Positions 1 to 12,330 are shown, counted from the stretch's first letter. The stretch: DNA of 64,000 bases from Oopsacas minuta (GCA_024704765.1 JAKMXF010000310.1:124001-188000); one strand, 5' to 3'. Notes: a model not told the origin generated them from the letters alone. A program made the numbers and translations.

Positions 1-265
1 TAATCTAACTTGTCTGATAACGTAGTGCCTACATATACAGAGGAGTATCCTAATGAACCACAGTCTCCATATTTATCTAAGTTTCCCGCCTATTTCCGAT
101 GATTATGAATTCTCAATATCAGATATAGTTCCACCTGGCACAATTCTCGATGATATAGAATATTCTACTAATGTTGAAACCCCAACATCAGGTATCTCAG
201 TAATTCTGGAGAATCAAATTAGAGCAATTGAATCAGATAATTATATTCCTGAGACATAGTTTCCC

Positions 266-949
266 ATGAGACGACTATCTAGTAGTTCATCCATAGTGTC
301 AAATATAAGTCCAACCAATTCAACTAACTTACTCTGTGCTGTATGTCAAAATGAAACAAGTAGAGTACACTCTTGCCCTGGGTGTAGTCGTTTCGTCCAC
401 GTACCTTGCGGAATTCTACAAGGGGAAGAGGGATTTGGGAGTTCAGTGTGGTGTCAAGGTTGTTTTCTCAAAGAAAAGAGTACAATTACCATCATTTAAG
501 AAAAGGAATAAAAAGAAATTAAGAAACACTATATGATCGTATGCTAAAGTCAAGTGGGAAAAATTCCAAACCAGCTGAAATCGGTGATACTGTGCTTATA
601 CCCATTTCTCAACCTGATAAGATAGTTCGATTGGACCACGCAATCTTATGGGTCATATCATCGACGGACAGGATTCTGTTTATACTGTAGCTACATCACA
701 TGGCACTATTTCCTCTGGCTATGCAAGGAATCAGTTGATGTTTGTCCATTCAGAATCAGTGCAAATGAGTCTTGCCATACTTCTATAGTTAGTCAAACGG
801 AAGCAATGCAAAATGCTTCTCTGGGCCTCAGTGATTCAGCATGTAGATGTAAGCACTGTAAAACACTAAGGTACCCTTGCAAGAAATCAGGTAGAAGTTG
901 CAACACTAAATGCCATAAGGGTCACACTTGTTTTAACAAGTTCGCATAA
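266..949 (+). pseudogene. Degraded C-terminal part of a KRBA2/SCAND3-like (Ginger2-type) integrase/transposase with a PHD-like Cys cluster
   Basis: The 266-499 ORF has CAVC..HSCPGC..VHVPC..WCQGC. Downstream frames read IGDTVLIPISQPDK / GPRNLMGHII..VYTVATSHGTISSGYARNQ / CRCKHC..CKKSGRSCNTKCHKGHTCFNK across frameshifts and stops. This matches the recalled C-terminus of KRBA2-like integrases. The catalytic core is not in the window. Confidence 0.6.
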
Positions 950-2741
950 CATACTACTAGCAGAGAGAATAGTCATTACGTATAACACAAGTCATTACTT
1001 AATATTTTTTAGAACTTTCAAATTGCCAAATCATTAGTTTATAATTAGAATAAAATAAAGATTTATTGCTCAGTCTCAAAAATTATTTTAAATTGGATAA
1101 TACAGACACTTCGCTACACGAGTAGTCAAGCAGATTATAAATAATTTAGTGTATTGGACGATTTGGAATTATTATGTGGTAATGGTGTATCGCTAATTAT
1201 ATTATTTAATAAACAACCAGAAGAGAACATTTTATTATGGCATGACCATGCACCAGTGTGCACACGTGCACACCAAGCACGTCCATAAACTGCACATTCT
1301 TAAAACTGTCCACTATGGGTAGGGTATTTAATTCCAATCCCGGGATTAGTACCACGCATTACAAAAATAATACATTGTTTGTGGCTGTTGTTATACAAAA
1401 ATAACAACAACTACAAACAATTTTAAAAGTGATGAGCAGTATTTTGTAGTCTACTCTAGCTGTGACAGGTAACCAATGTAATTTTTTTAGTATTGAAGTT
1501 ATGTGGTCTCGCTCTTAGCTGCAGCATTTTGTATACTCTGTAGTCTATTCAGTTCTTGTGATGGTAATCCAAAAAGTATAATAATACACTAGTCTATTCG
1601 GCTGGAGATGTATGCATGAACTAATCTCTGAACAGAAGACTTGTGCAAATATTTGTGTAGAGTTCCAATCCGATTTAGGGCAAGTGATGCCACACTGCAT
1701 TTTCTACTTATATGAAATATCATCCGTACCGTGTTTATCCCAAATATCATCAAGATTTAGAGCCAAGTCTACTGGATATATAACAGAAGATCCAAACATA
1801 ATGGGGAAGGTAGGATAGAGTGATCGAGATTGGGGAGTTAAATAAATAAAGTTAGTCTTATTTGGATTTTAGTAAGTTTATTATCAATAAACCAATTCTC
1901 AGAGTAGACAAACAGGTTTCTAATCGGATCTTGGCTTCTTCTGTTGCTGATGGTTGCTGACTATATTTGAAAGATATTCGACTTCTTTTTGGTGGTAAGT
2001 TTGTTGAATATACGTATAATACTTACAGATTTAGCATTATTCCTTAATCCTTATCCTATCTTTTATCCAACATTTTTTGTATGCTTAGCCCAAAGTATTG
2101 CAACTTTGAGTCTACAACAAAACAACATTATAAAAACTTATCAAAGATTTACTCACACTTTTATGGAATATATAACATATTTACAGAACACTAAAGTTTC
2201 GAGCAAATTTATCCTTCTGTGTTGGATAAATTCTCTTGAAATTATCAAAGAATATATTCATCTACAACAGCTGTACTTGAAAGATATTCATCAATATAGT
2301 TAGCAATTTGCTTCTTAACCGTAGCCAGTAGGATAGGATGATGAGATTCTGTTGTCTAGGTTCTGTAACCAACTCGAACCCTTCGTTCTTTTATTTATCC
2401 GCAAAGTTCTTGATCGATTACTTTTAAAATATTGTAAAATATTCCATACTAGCCTGAAACAAGTCAGATTTTCAAATTATATTTTACAAATGTCCCCCAA
2501 GCCCTCCAGGACTATGCTTATGACTTGTGGCACCTTGACTACTAGAGGTAAGATCTTGTAAGTTGTAATGCAATCTATAAATTAAGCTAGCAAAACTAGA
2601 AATACATGAGCGATATTGGAGATATTATGAGTAAGTATAAATCCTCGGCTTAATTGTGCTTGAATAGTATAGAAGCAATAATTATACTATATTTATTTGC
2701 TGAGATTTATACAGAATTTTTGTTGTACCATTAATTATAGA

Positions 2742-3536
2742 ATGTTACCTAAAAAATTATGTAACATAATCGCGATGATTCACACCCTTCCACTCCCTGG
2801 TTCACCTCTCTACAGAAGATCCCTTGATAAGATAATATCACAAGCTAGTAAAGAAGCTGAGATATACTGCAAACATGGCGTGGATTGCTTAATGGTTGAG
2901 AACATGCATGATAGACCTTACTTACATACTAAAGTTTCACCTGAGACTGTATCAGCTATGACTAGAATATGCTTAGCAATAAAATCTAGAATTGGTTCTG
3001 CTATTCCTATGGGAATACAAGTTCTATCTGCAGCTAATAAGGAAGCATTAGCTATAGCTAAGTGTTGTGAATTGCAATTTATACGAGCGGAGGGATTCGT
3101 GTACTCTCATGTAGCAGATGAAGGATGGACTGATTCGTGTGCAGCTAGTCTACTGAGATATAGACAAGTTATAGGAGCAGAGAATATTCAAATATACACT
3201 GACATTAAGAAGAAACATGCGTCACATGCTGTCACACATGATTTAGATATCGTTGAGGTTGCAAAGGGTGCAGAGTTTTTCTTGAGTGACGGTTTGATTT
3301 TAACAGGTATCTCAACCGGACAACCAGCTTCAGTAGAAGAATTTGAGAAATTGAGAGCATATTCAAATTTACCTATCTTTATTGGCAGTGGGGTTAATCA
3401 AGTGAATATTTCGTTATTCGAGAAGGCAACAGGTCTCATTGTAGGCTCTCATTTCAAGAAAGATGGAGTTTGGTATAACGAAGTGGATGAGGGTAGAGTT
3501 CGAGAATTTATGAAGATAGCGAAAACTTTAGACTAA
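2742..3536 (+). CDS. BtpA/SgcQ-family TIM-barrel protein (F13E9.13-like)
   Basis: Motifs IIAMIH..PLPGSP, VENMHDRPY, GIQVL..N, FIRAEGFVYSHVADEG, DIKKKHASH, DGLILTG..TG, GSGV, GLIVGS.FK.DG. The first ATG of the 2697-3536 ORF is at 2742. Confidence 0.9.
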   Translation: MLPKKLCNIIAMIHTLPLPGSPLYRRSLDKIISQASKEAEIYCKHGVDCLMVENMHDRPYLHTKVSPETVSAMTRICLAIKSRIGSAIPMGIQVLSAANKEALAIAKCCELQFIRAEGFVYSHVADEGWTDSCAASLLRYRQVIGAENIQIYTDIKKKHASHAVTHDLDIVEVAKGAEFFLSDGLILTGISTGQPASVEEFEKLRAYSNLPIFIGSGVNQVNISLFEKATGLIVGSHFKKDGVWYNEVDEGRVREFMKIAKTLD

Positions 3537-3755
3537 TCACTTAGTAGTATATGACTTATATAATATTTTTTGAACAGAAAACTAATATCCCGTATATATA
3601 TGCGTCATGCTCGTACTTTTTGCCTACTCATTCTACCGTCCGAAGGATATGAGTTAGGGCCATGAACCTGGTCAATGAGGGCGTGGCCTAATAGTCTGAC
3701 ACCCAAGACATATATGATGAAAGTTGGATAATATCTAACAAAGTATCCCTTATAC

Positions 3756-4245
3756 CAGGGGCGTAGATCCGTAATTTTTCTGGGGGGATGGAGAATTTAA
3801 AACTAGCACTTTTCTACATATGACAAATATGAATATGCCATAATCGTAGTCATTAAACTTCCTACCTCGACAAAAAGATAGATACACAATAATAAAAACA
3901 GCTAAGAACAGATCATAGTATATATAAAATATAATTTATACTTGGTAGTGTGAAGAGAACCTATTGATTTAATATATCTAGATTAAAGTATAAATTATTC
4001 GAAATTGTCAAATATTTTCGACGTATTTCACTTCTCGTTGAAAACTCTTTTGCTAGTGTAGCGATATTTATTCTATCAAGAATTTCTTTGTGAACATTAC
4101 ATACACATACTGAATTCAAACGTTTCTGGGTCATTGAATTCCTGAGCCGTCTTTATTTGAGAGCAAAAATAATGTAGACGTATCTCAAAAGTTAAAATGT
4201 AGGAGGGGTGATTACATAGAGCATCCCCCGGGATCTACGCCCCTG
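3756..4245. mobile_element. Non-autonomous DNA transposon (hAT- or P-type MITE), 490 bp
   Basis: Perfect 15-bp TIR CAGGGGCGTAGATCC (3756-3770) / GGATCTACGCCCCTG (4231-4245). Identical 8-bp flanks CCTTATAC at 3748-3755 and 4246-4253. Confidence 0.9.
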
Positions 4246-4291
4246 CCTTATACGAAGTACAGGATAAGAGACAGTATATTTACGATTATTG

Positions 4292-4331
4292 ACCGAATTT
4301 TTGCATTCCTAGACAAATGCAAAAATTCGGT
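4292..4331. repeat. Perfect 16-bp inverted repeat with 8-nt spacer
   Basis: ACCGAATTTTTGCATT (4292-4307) and AATGCAAAAATTCGGT (4316-4331). Confidence 0.85.
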
Positions 4332-4376
4332 AATTGCTAAGTACTGTGATTATATTTTGTGTTCTTGGTTAATATT

Positions 4377-4506
4377 CAGGGTTGTCGTGGGAATGGGATG
4401 GAAATGGGAATCGTAGTTATCCAATGGGAATTCTGGAATTCCTTATGAAATCCTGTGGGAATTGGATGGGAATGGGAATTGAAATTCCTTTCCCACGGCA
4501 ACCCTG
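4377..4506. mobile_element. hAT-type MITE, 130 bp, with internal GGGAAT-like repeats
   Basis: 17-bp TIR with one mismatch, CAGGGTTGTCGTGGGAA / TTCCCACGGCAACCCTG. Identical 8-bp flanks TTAATATT at 4369-4376 and 4507-4514. Confidence 0.9.
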
Positions 4507-4880
4507 TTAATATTTATGGACTCATAGCATTAACAATACAAAACTTGAGTTTGTACGTTAGAACGGCTAAATAACTTATTGGTATACAACATGTATATAG
4601 GGCAAGTTTCCCCCAAGTGATTATTATTGATAAACCTAGTCTGGACCTACGACCCGTCGACAAGAAAGAATGAAAGTTGGATTTTTGTTGTTTGGTTGTT
4701 AATGTGATAATTATTAAAATAAATCAGGAAGTACTCTTACATATAAAGCAAATGAACACCTTGTCCAATTCTGTACACCGATTGTGGAAATATTTGTGAC
4801 AGTTAATGCATTGTGTGAGCATGGTCAGTAGAGCTAATGAGCTCATTGTATTGAGGATGTTCATTGGGTAGAGTGAACAA

Positions 4881-5340
4881 TCTATATTATTGAATCTCAA
4901 TTATTGTTCGTTTGTCCGTTGTCAAGGAAAGAATTTACGGTATGCAATTTTGAAATTGTCGCATAACTATGTATTTATCGTGTTTATCAAAGAGGTGAAT
5001 AGAATTCAATAAAACTTCACTAAACATATCGAACATGCTGAATCCGATTTCACACTTTTGGATTATTCATATGTAAATTATTGTTGTTTTTATGAAATTA
5101 AAGTAAGCAAATTAGCAAAATCTCAAAATGAACTTACAGGCGTGCTCTAAAGGGTTACTTACGGAGTTGAACTTACAAAATAATTCAATTTATATATGCC
5201 ATATACGTATATTTGTGCATTACATTGTTCTAAATGAATCTATAATATATTACTCAGAGGAGTCGTCAATTTGGAGAATAATGGATACCTCGAGGCGCAA
5301 TGCGCCGAGTTCATCGCGAAGCGACGATCCAAAGGCTCGT
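4881..5340 (+). mobile_element. Dispersed repeat copy, non-autonomous Helitron-like family
   Basis: Starts TCTATATTATT then GTTCGTTTGTCCGTTGTCAAGGAAAG, as in the copies at 39162-39692, 56755-57119 and 58108-58462. GC-rich hairpin-like end near 5290-5340. No TIR or TSD seen. Right boundary approximate. Confidence 0.6.
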
Positions 5341-5394
5341 TTATATATTAAGTTTTCACGTGCACGCAGTACGTGGAGCATTCCTTATACCAAT

Positions 5395-5640
5395 CCAATA
5401 GAAATTCTGAACCACACTTAGAAGAGTGTCATAAATTGCAAAAATCCTCCACTTACAACAAATATTCTCGCTAATTCCATATATATCTCATTCAACACAA
5501 CTAACAGGTAGCCAAAGATCTGCGCAACACTGGCAAGCATTACCAACACTACACTAACCCAATGTAAATTCTGAACTCCACTTAAAAAGTGCAATAAAAT
5601 GCAATATTACATACAGCACTTACAACCAATATTCTCGCTA
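5395..5640. repeat. Diverged tandem duplication, period about 164 bp
   Basis: AATTCTGAAC..CACTTA at 5403 and 5567. CTTACAAC.AATATTCTCGCTA near 5451 and 5619. Confidence 0.6.
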
Positions 5641-5839
5641 ATCTATAAATAATACCACCCAGCCAAGCATACATAATCGACCCAATGAGATGCTCATTAG
5701 TCATTAGCTGTAGCATGCTCATTACAGTCATTATTCTGGGTGACGGCTGGCCCTCTGACACCGTTTCGTGAAATTAGGAATGCTAATTGTAATGTGATAA
5801 ACTGCTACTACTACTTTATAATCATCTATTTAAATTAGA

Positions 5840-6535
5840 ATGAGTGAGGAGGAAATTATACTACTATCTTGTCCCAACACTACTATGTATGTAGGAGGAG
5901 GATTTGTGGGTACAGGACTACTCTCCGTAAGAGAAGACTACATAACCTGGGAGAGTGAATTGATGGATACAAGAGTACTCCAATACACAAGACTGTCTAT
6001 GCACGCCGTGTCTAGAGACCTGACACAGTTCCCTCACCCCTGTATTCTATGTCTACTGAACAGAAGTGATGACTCAGGTGATGGAGAGTTGGATGAAGAC
6101 CCGCTGGAAGAAGTACGATTTGTTCCTGAACAAAATTCTCAACTACAGACCATCTACTCAGCGATAGCAGAGGGACAAAATCTCCATCCAGACCCTGAAG
6201 ACGGCTCCTCAGGAGATGAGATGTTAGAAACAGCTGGAGACAGTTTAGGAACAGAAAATACACAAGAAATAACAGCTGATCATCACTACCAGCCTATTCA
6301 TATGAGCGATGGAATGCAGGGGGTGTTCACGAGCCTTGATGAAGTAGCACATTTGACACCTGAAGGACTTGAGCTTCTAAACAAACTAGACGGGATGTTG
6401 TTATCACCTAAAGATATGAATAATAACTATTTACAAGAACCTGTGTCTGGAAATGTTGGCTCTCTGGATACCAGTGAGATAGGTTGTGAAATAGAGGAAG
6501 GACAGTTTGATGACGTCACATTAATGGATGCATAA
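5840..6535 (+). CDS. CLNS1A: Methylosome subunit pICln
   Basis: PH-like fold with G.G.L.V....ITW, Y..LSMHAVSRD...FP.PC, EVRFVP....L..IY.A..EGQ.LHPDPED, and an acidic tail ending GQFDD. Confidence 0.9.
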   Translation: MSEEEIILLSCPNTTMYVGGGFVGTGLLSVREDYITWESELMDTRVLQYTRLSMHAVSRDLTQFPHPCILCLLNRSDDSGDGELDEDPLEEVRFVPEQNSQLQTIYSAIAEGQNLHPDPEDGSSGDEMLETAGDSLGTENTQEITADHHYQPIHMSDGMQGVFTSLDEVAHLTPEGLELLNKLDGMLLSPKDMNNNYLQEPVSGNVGSLDTSEIGCEIEEGQFDDVTLMDA

Positions 6536-7149
6536 CTATTTTATATAAATTATTTGTAGTAAATCAATTGCAGGAATTAAGTGCTATCCGTCAAGTTATA
6601 ATACCTTTGAGTAATCGGTTTTGCAAAAAAGGGAGTCTGACCTTACAACGAATGTATAGAATTGTTATAATTATAAATATTCCGCTCTTAGTACATGGCG
6701 CATGACAGTAGTAGCAAAAATCCCATATCCTTTTGGATTTTCTATTCGAAAAACTAATCAGCGATTAAATTTTGTTTCCCTGTAATACAAATTATGGTAT
6801 TCCACTAGACTGTGATTTCTGTGTGGTGATTTAACTGTCTTCACATTACTACATTTTTTGTCAAAATATTGATTTTATCTGTGTAGGTGGACTTTTTGGT
6901 TAATTGTCCCGTTTTTTCCCGACATTTGCTTTAGGCTATATCATAAACTAAGACTAGTGCTATTCGAAACGGCATTGTTGGCTTACTTTGTTATTCGATT
7001 ATTCGAAAGAAATTATTTCTTTTGAAATTTCCATTAACTTACATATAACATACAAAGAAAGATTTTGAATGATGGTATAAATAATGTATTTAACGTCTTG
7101 TTCCTTTTAATCATCTTTTTGTTTGTTACTAATCCTTGCTAGCATCTGG

Positions 7150-8253
7150 ATGGATCGCTTCCAATGGTGTGACAGTGCTAAGCTTCTTCCAGGAGAAGTT
7201 ATATCTTTATCAAAAGATCAGATAAAGTTATACGACGGTGATGATGAGAGCAATTTCCAGCCAGGACTCTTGCAACTTACGTCACATCGTCTGTTATTCC
7301 ATGATTCAGGTGGTTCCTTATTAGCCCTCAGTTTAGCCCTGCTACGTGACCATAAGGAGACAGGAGGAGGACTCACTCGCAGTCCTAAGATCGAACTCTA
7401 CCTGCTCCCCAGACCTCAGGGACAACCTCTTGGTCCTATAGCTCGTAGCAGATACGATATGGTTAAGCTATCCTTCAGGAAGGGGGGGTGTACTGAATTC
7501 TGTTCTGCTCTTAAGACAGAGCTGAGTAACAAGAATTGGGAGCGTGTTACAGCAGGACCTGCCCGTGGGATATCCGGTATAGAGAGGAAGTTGGAGCAGA
7601 AACGACAGGATGCTGGTAGAGACATAAATGTAGCGTTTAAGGATCTAAAAGCTCTTATGGACAAGGCTCAAGAGATGGTATCACTGATTAATACATTTGC
7701 TACTCGTATGGAACAATCAAAAGGCTCAGTAGTAGAGGATGAGACTATAAAGCTAAAATCTGTACTACTCAGTGTAGGTATAGATAATCCTGTTACTAAA
7801 TCTAGTCACGGGTCTACTACTGTGTATCATCAGGAATTAGCTCGTGAGCTGTCTAAGTTCTTGGTTAAATTGCTTCCTGGTGAGAACGGGATTATAACGC
7901 TAGCTGACCTCTATTGCAGGTTCAATAGGGCTAGGGGATTAGAGCTGGTCTCTCCTGATGATGTGTTTAACGCCTGTACCCTATTCGAACGGATGGGATT
8001 ACCTGTCAGATTGAAGAAGTTTGAATCAGGTGTCCTGTGTGTACTCGGAGCTTCACATAGTGAATCTGAAGTTGTGAAGCGAGTAGGAGATCTTGTCATG
8101 AAACACAAGTGTCTGTCAGTGCAAGAGTTATCTGCCTATCTTCATATATCTGTGTTACTAGCACAAGAACACATGCTATTAGCTGAGAGGGTGGGAGCTC
8201 TTTGTAGAGATGATAGTGTAGATGGACTCAAATTCTATACGAATAGGTTTTGA
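7150..8253 (+). CDS. VPS36: ESCRT-II subunit VPS36 (EAP45)
   Basis: MDRFQW start, GLUE domain (KLYDGD, G.L.LTSHRL), GISGIERKLE, AFKDL.ALM.KA.EMV, LS.GIDNPVTK, RARGLELVSPDD, LCRDDSVDGLKFY.NRF. Single exon. Confidence 0.95.
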   Translation: MDRFQWCDSAKLLPGEVISLSKDQIKLYDGDDESNFQPGLLQLTSHRLLFHDSGGSLLALSLALLRDHKETGGGLTRSPKIELYLLPRPQGQPLGPIARSRYDMVKLSFRKGGCTEFCSALKTELSNKNWERVTAGPARGISGIERKLEQKRQDAGRDINVAFKDLKALMDKAQEMVSLINTFATRMEQSKGSVVEDETIKLKSVLLSVGIDNPVTKSSHGSTTVYHQELARELSKFLVKLLPGENGIITLADLYCRFNRARGLELVSPDDVFNACTLFERMGLPVRLKKFESGVLCVLGASHSESEVVKRVGDLVMKHKCLSVQELSAYLHISVLLAQEHMLLAERVGALCRDDSVDGLKFYTNRF

Positions 8254-8503
8254 TATTTGATTGTTAGGTTGTATGTTATTCTAATTAATAATTACTTTTA
8301 ATTGGGACACATTAATGTCAGGAAATATATCGCTAGCTACCCGAATAATTGAACAAAAATATTTTTGATTATCTCAATCAATTAATAACCCGTTTGAGAG
8401 AAAATTACATACTGACCGAGTTCTAGAATATATCACTTAACTCCCTTAACATATTAGAATTAGATTAACACAACGCCCAGAGGTGGGATACTACTAGTAA
8501 CTT

Positions 8504-11211
8504 ATGTGTGAAGCATCAGATACTGCAAAATTCAGGGATAAACATGCAAATAGAATTCTCCCTAACCTCTGGTCAAATGTTAGTGATTGGATACACACTC
8601 TAGAGGACAAGTATGCTGACTTAATATCCGAGGACCTGGAATGGACATCTAGGATGGAGGGAATAGTGAGAGCTGGTTCTTATATAATGACACTAGGTCA
8701 ATCTGAATTCATATCAGAGCTAGTATACTCTATTTCTAACGCAATGGTATTATTCAATGATTCTATCATTTTATCTGTTCTCAGAAGAAAGAGTAAACAG
8801 AATTTTCTTAAGAAAATTCTCTTCAAAACTCTTGCCATTCTTGAAACATTCCAAGTGTCCATTGAAATGATAACAAAGCGTTACCTAGGAGAGAGATTGA
8901 GATGGACAGTAATAACAATAATTTCCCTACTCAAATCTCTGTCAAGAGCTCTGCTAGTGTTCTATCTACGAGCTGGTGTATCTCATTGTCAAGTAGTTCA
9001 GCCTCTAGATAGACAGCTGTTCGTTAATAAACATCAAGTAGAAAGAGAGGTAGGTGATGGACCAGCTGTTACTAGTGCTGGTAAGGCTTGGATGGGAAAT
9101 AGGACTAATAAGGTTATCAGATCTGTACAAGATGGTATGTTGAGTATAGATATACTGATTCGTATTGTTTATTTCGGCCTTTTGGGATCGGTAACTTCTC
9201 CAAACGGAGGTGATGCCAATTATTTGACCACTTACGTATTTATGTTGTTTCTGTAATTCTGGTATATTTCATATAACCATGCATAGGACACACATAATAA
9301 TATCCGTTTACACGGAAAAAGATCGTAAAGAAAAGCTTCCAACATATGATTAGGTTACAAGGACGATTAGTTTAAAGAACCCCGATCTGTTACTACCGGT
9401 CTGTCGATTGGCATGTTTCTATCAAAATATTATCAACAGATCCTATAGCTATATTCGGTTTCGGTTTCGGAAACAGCCATAATGACTTATTTACCTAAAT
9501 TTGATATCTGGTTTGGTACAACTACTTCATACGATTCTATTAACAAAAAGTTTTTAGATGTTAACAGACCTTATGAGGAGTTGAAAGAGAGTCACTTACA
9601 CATTCGTGACCCAATGGGACCAGATGAAGTACCTTGGTCTATTCTAACTCAAAATCAGCTGTTAGCAGAGGGTATCAGTATTGTGAAGCCAATTGCACAC
9701 TGTATCCTCTTTTCAATAGAGCTTGAATCTCTTATTCGGGAAATTGTTTATTAATTATGTCAATCGGGGTAATATGCTAACTCCCAGAGTTTCCGCATAA
9801 ACTGATTCTACTTGAATTCTATTCCTGTATTTTGCTTTATTAAGTGCAAATACATACTCATAATTCACATAAGTGGTTCCAATGCTCATTAATCACATTT
9901 TCACACCTTTTGGTGAACATTTCAAAATTGTCATAGAGATTAGCTTCCACTTGTTAAATAGGTGTAAACAGGGACGTAGAATTTGATTAGTAAAATTCGA
10001 TTTTATCTTTCTTTACTAAAATGGATATTTAGTAGAATAATACAGTTTAATAATCCACTAAAATTATTTGGGTAAATTTATTTCGGCGCAGATGCTGATT
10101 GAGATTTTTTCACTTATTTGTTAATACAATGACTACAATCATATCTCTTATCTTGTTGTCTTGATTCTATGTGAATATTTCCTTAACATATACAGTGCTG
10201 TCAATGGCAGCATTTGGAGAAACTTCTATCAAATCTTGGTTCATCCCACTTACAATGGATATTATTAGGTACTTAATTACAATCTTTACTAGCACTGAAT
10301 ACGGAATTATAATTGATTACAGTACTGTTTAAGTTTCAAAATATTTTGTTAGGGTTAGTGAAAAGTATTGATACAATACTATAGGATCCAGGAGTGTGTA
10401 TGATATTTCGATATATTTCAGCTGTGTTCTGAGGGTCTGGCGTAGTTATATTATTCCTATTATCTGTATAGTTTGTATTTGATGGAGAGTGGAGGGACTA
10501 ACTTTCGTAAACGTGAATTACAAGAGTTGACGAAAAGAAAATTCAATTTTATATTCTATATAATGAGGTCTCCAGTCTATGACAAATACTTCAAGTAAGA
10601 TTGTGATTAATACTTTATAGTGATTCTGTATAGAAGTACACAACTACCTAAAGCATTGTATATGTATTATGGATGATATTATGGTCTCATGAATATGAAA
10701 CTGATAATTTCTAACTTTGAAAGAGAGAACGAAGCAATTGATAGATTTGGTCCTACCTTGGAACTATTTAAGTTTTGGCATAGCATGGTTTTGAACATAT
10801 AAAATTACCTCCTAGACTAATACCCCCAAAATACTCCGGTTGAGAATCATTATCTCTATTGAGTGGCCGTTACGAAACTTATGAAAAGTCCCTACAAATA
10901 TTATTAATTATAACAATAGCAATCAATGTATGACTTATCCCAATTTTAGTTATAATTCTATTGAATCTATTGATTATCTATGCTAGATCGAAGTTAATGA
11001 GCATCCTCGGGTACTTGGCTAACAGAATACCGCTATTTGGTAGATTAATAGGTATGTTATTTTATATGATTATATTATTATCCCCCACGTTACTATACTA
11101 GTCTCAGAGGAATGCAAGTAATTCAATAATTAATATATTCTATCTCTAGAACAATTCATACATTATATCCCTACTTGGCAGACAACCTATTTCTATGTGT
11201 GGGCTAGCTGA
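8504..11211 (+). CDS. PEX16: Peroxisomal membrane biogenesis protein PEX16, 6 exons
   Basis: Exons 8504-9134, 9558-9701, 10196-10268, 10472-10594, 10987-11051 and 11150-11211 join in frame. Motifs SELVYSISN..VLFND, EM...R.LGE..RW.VI, YIMRSPVYDKY, YIPTWQTTYFYVW. Confidence 0.9.
9702..10195 (+). other. U12-type (minor spliceosome) GT-AG intron of PEX16
   Basis: Donor GTATCCTCT at 9702. Branch motif TTCCTTAAC at 10179-10187. Acceptor AG at 10194-10195 with no pyrimidine tract between the branch motif and the AG. Confidence 0.85.
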
Positions 11212-12330
11212 TGTAATTCGTACGGTTATTAAATCTATAGTAAAGTTTTTGTATACGAGAACACTACTATAATGCTTTATTATTGCTTTTAGAATAATGT
11301 TTTACATTTTCGATTCATTGTTATCTTTATAATATAAATACATTATTGGCTGAATTTCTCATTCCAAGATATAATATAATATACAGTGGAAAGCGCTAAC
11401 AACGAATAGAATGTGACCGTCCTAGTTAGTTGGTTATAAGTGTGTTTTACTGTAATAACAATTGGGACCTCTCATATAGGGTCTACCACATTAACATACT
11501 ATATATTGTTTCTTGACCCAACTATTATTCGGCATAACTAATGGTCTAATTAATTTGAGAGTGGAGTTACATAGTTAATGATGGGCCAGTCAACTAGCAC
11601 CAACTCGTCCCACAGTTGTTATACGTATTTCCTTTCTCAAAACTCTCCTCAACCACTCTATTGTCGTGCATATTGCTTAGCACCCTTAGTACAGCATTCC
11701 CAACCCGAGGTCACTGAAAGTATATTTCATTTATTCATTATCATGCAATGATCACAAAATATAGCAATACTAAGTACAAAATGTAGATTTCAATCTGCCT
11801 TTATTAATTGCTACTTCCTTTTGGTGCATCTGGAGATACGAGTTTTGAATTTCAAGTTCTCAGATAAGAAATGAAATTGAAACTCGATTTTGTGAATTGA
11901 CTGGTTATTTGAAAAGGAGAAAAGAGGCATTTTTTGAGAGAATCGGAGGAAATAAATATAATCAACAATTTAATCTATTTCTGAACTCAAAAACGCATCA
12001 AAATTCCCAAAATCTTTTATTCCATTCTTGAATGAATTCATTAATGAGTATAACAGTAATTAATGGGTTTGGTAGAATTGAACTTATGAATTCAAGTAAC
12101 TTGTCTACCACAGTTATATACTTATTTGCAGATAAAGTTATACCTGTAGTGGGTGTAGATACTCCAGGTAGTGGTGTGGGACAATTCAATTTCCAATTTG
12201 GTGTAGACCAGTAGTAGTGGATAAAACAACAGATAACATGTGTGTAGCAGATTATAATAACAACAGGGTAATTAAATGCATTAGAGGAATTTCAAGTTTT
12301 TCTCAAATTTAATTTACGAATTTATTTTTA

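Noticed and set aside
1612-2561. Short ORFs in AT-rich intergenic DNA (also 34440-34825, 47660-50034, 57538-57834)
   Set aside because: Low-complexity I/L/F/Y/K composition, mostly non-ATG starts or overlap with repeats, and no domain signal.
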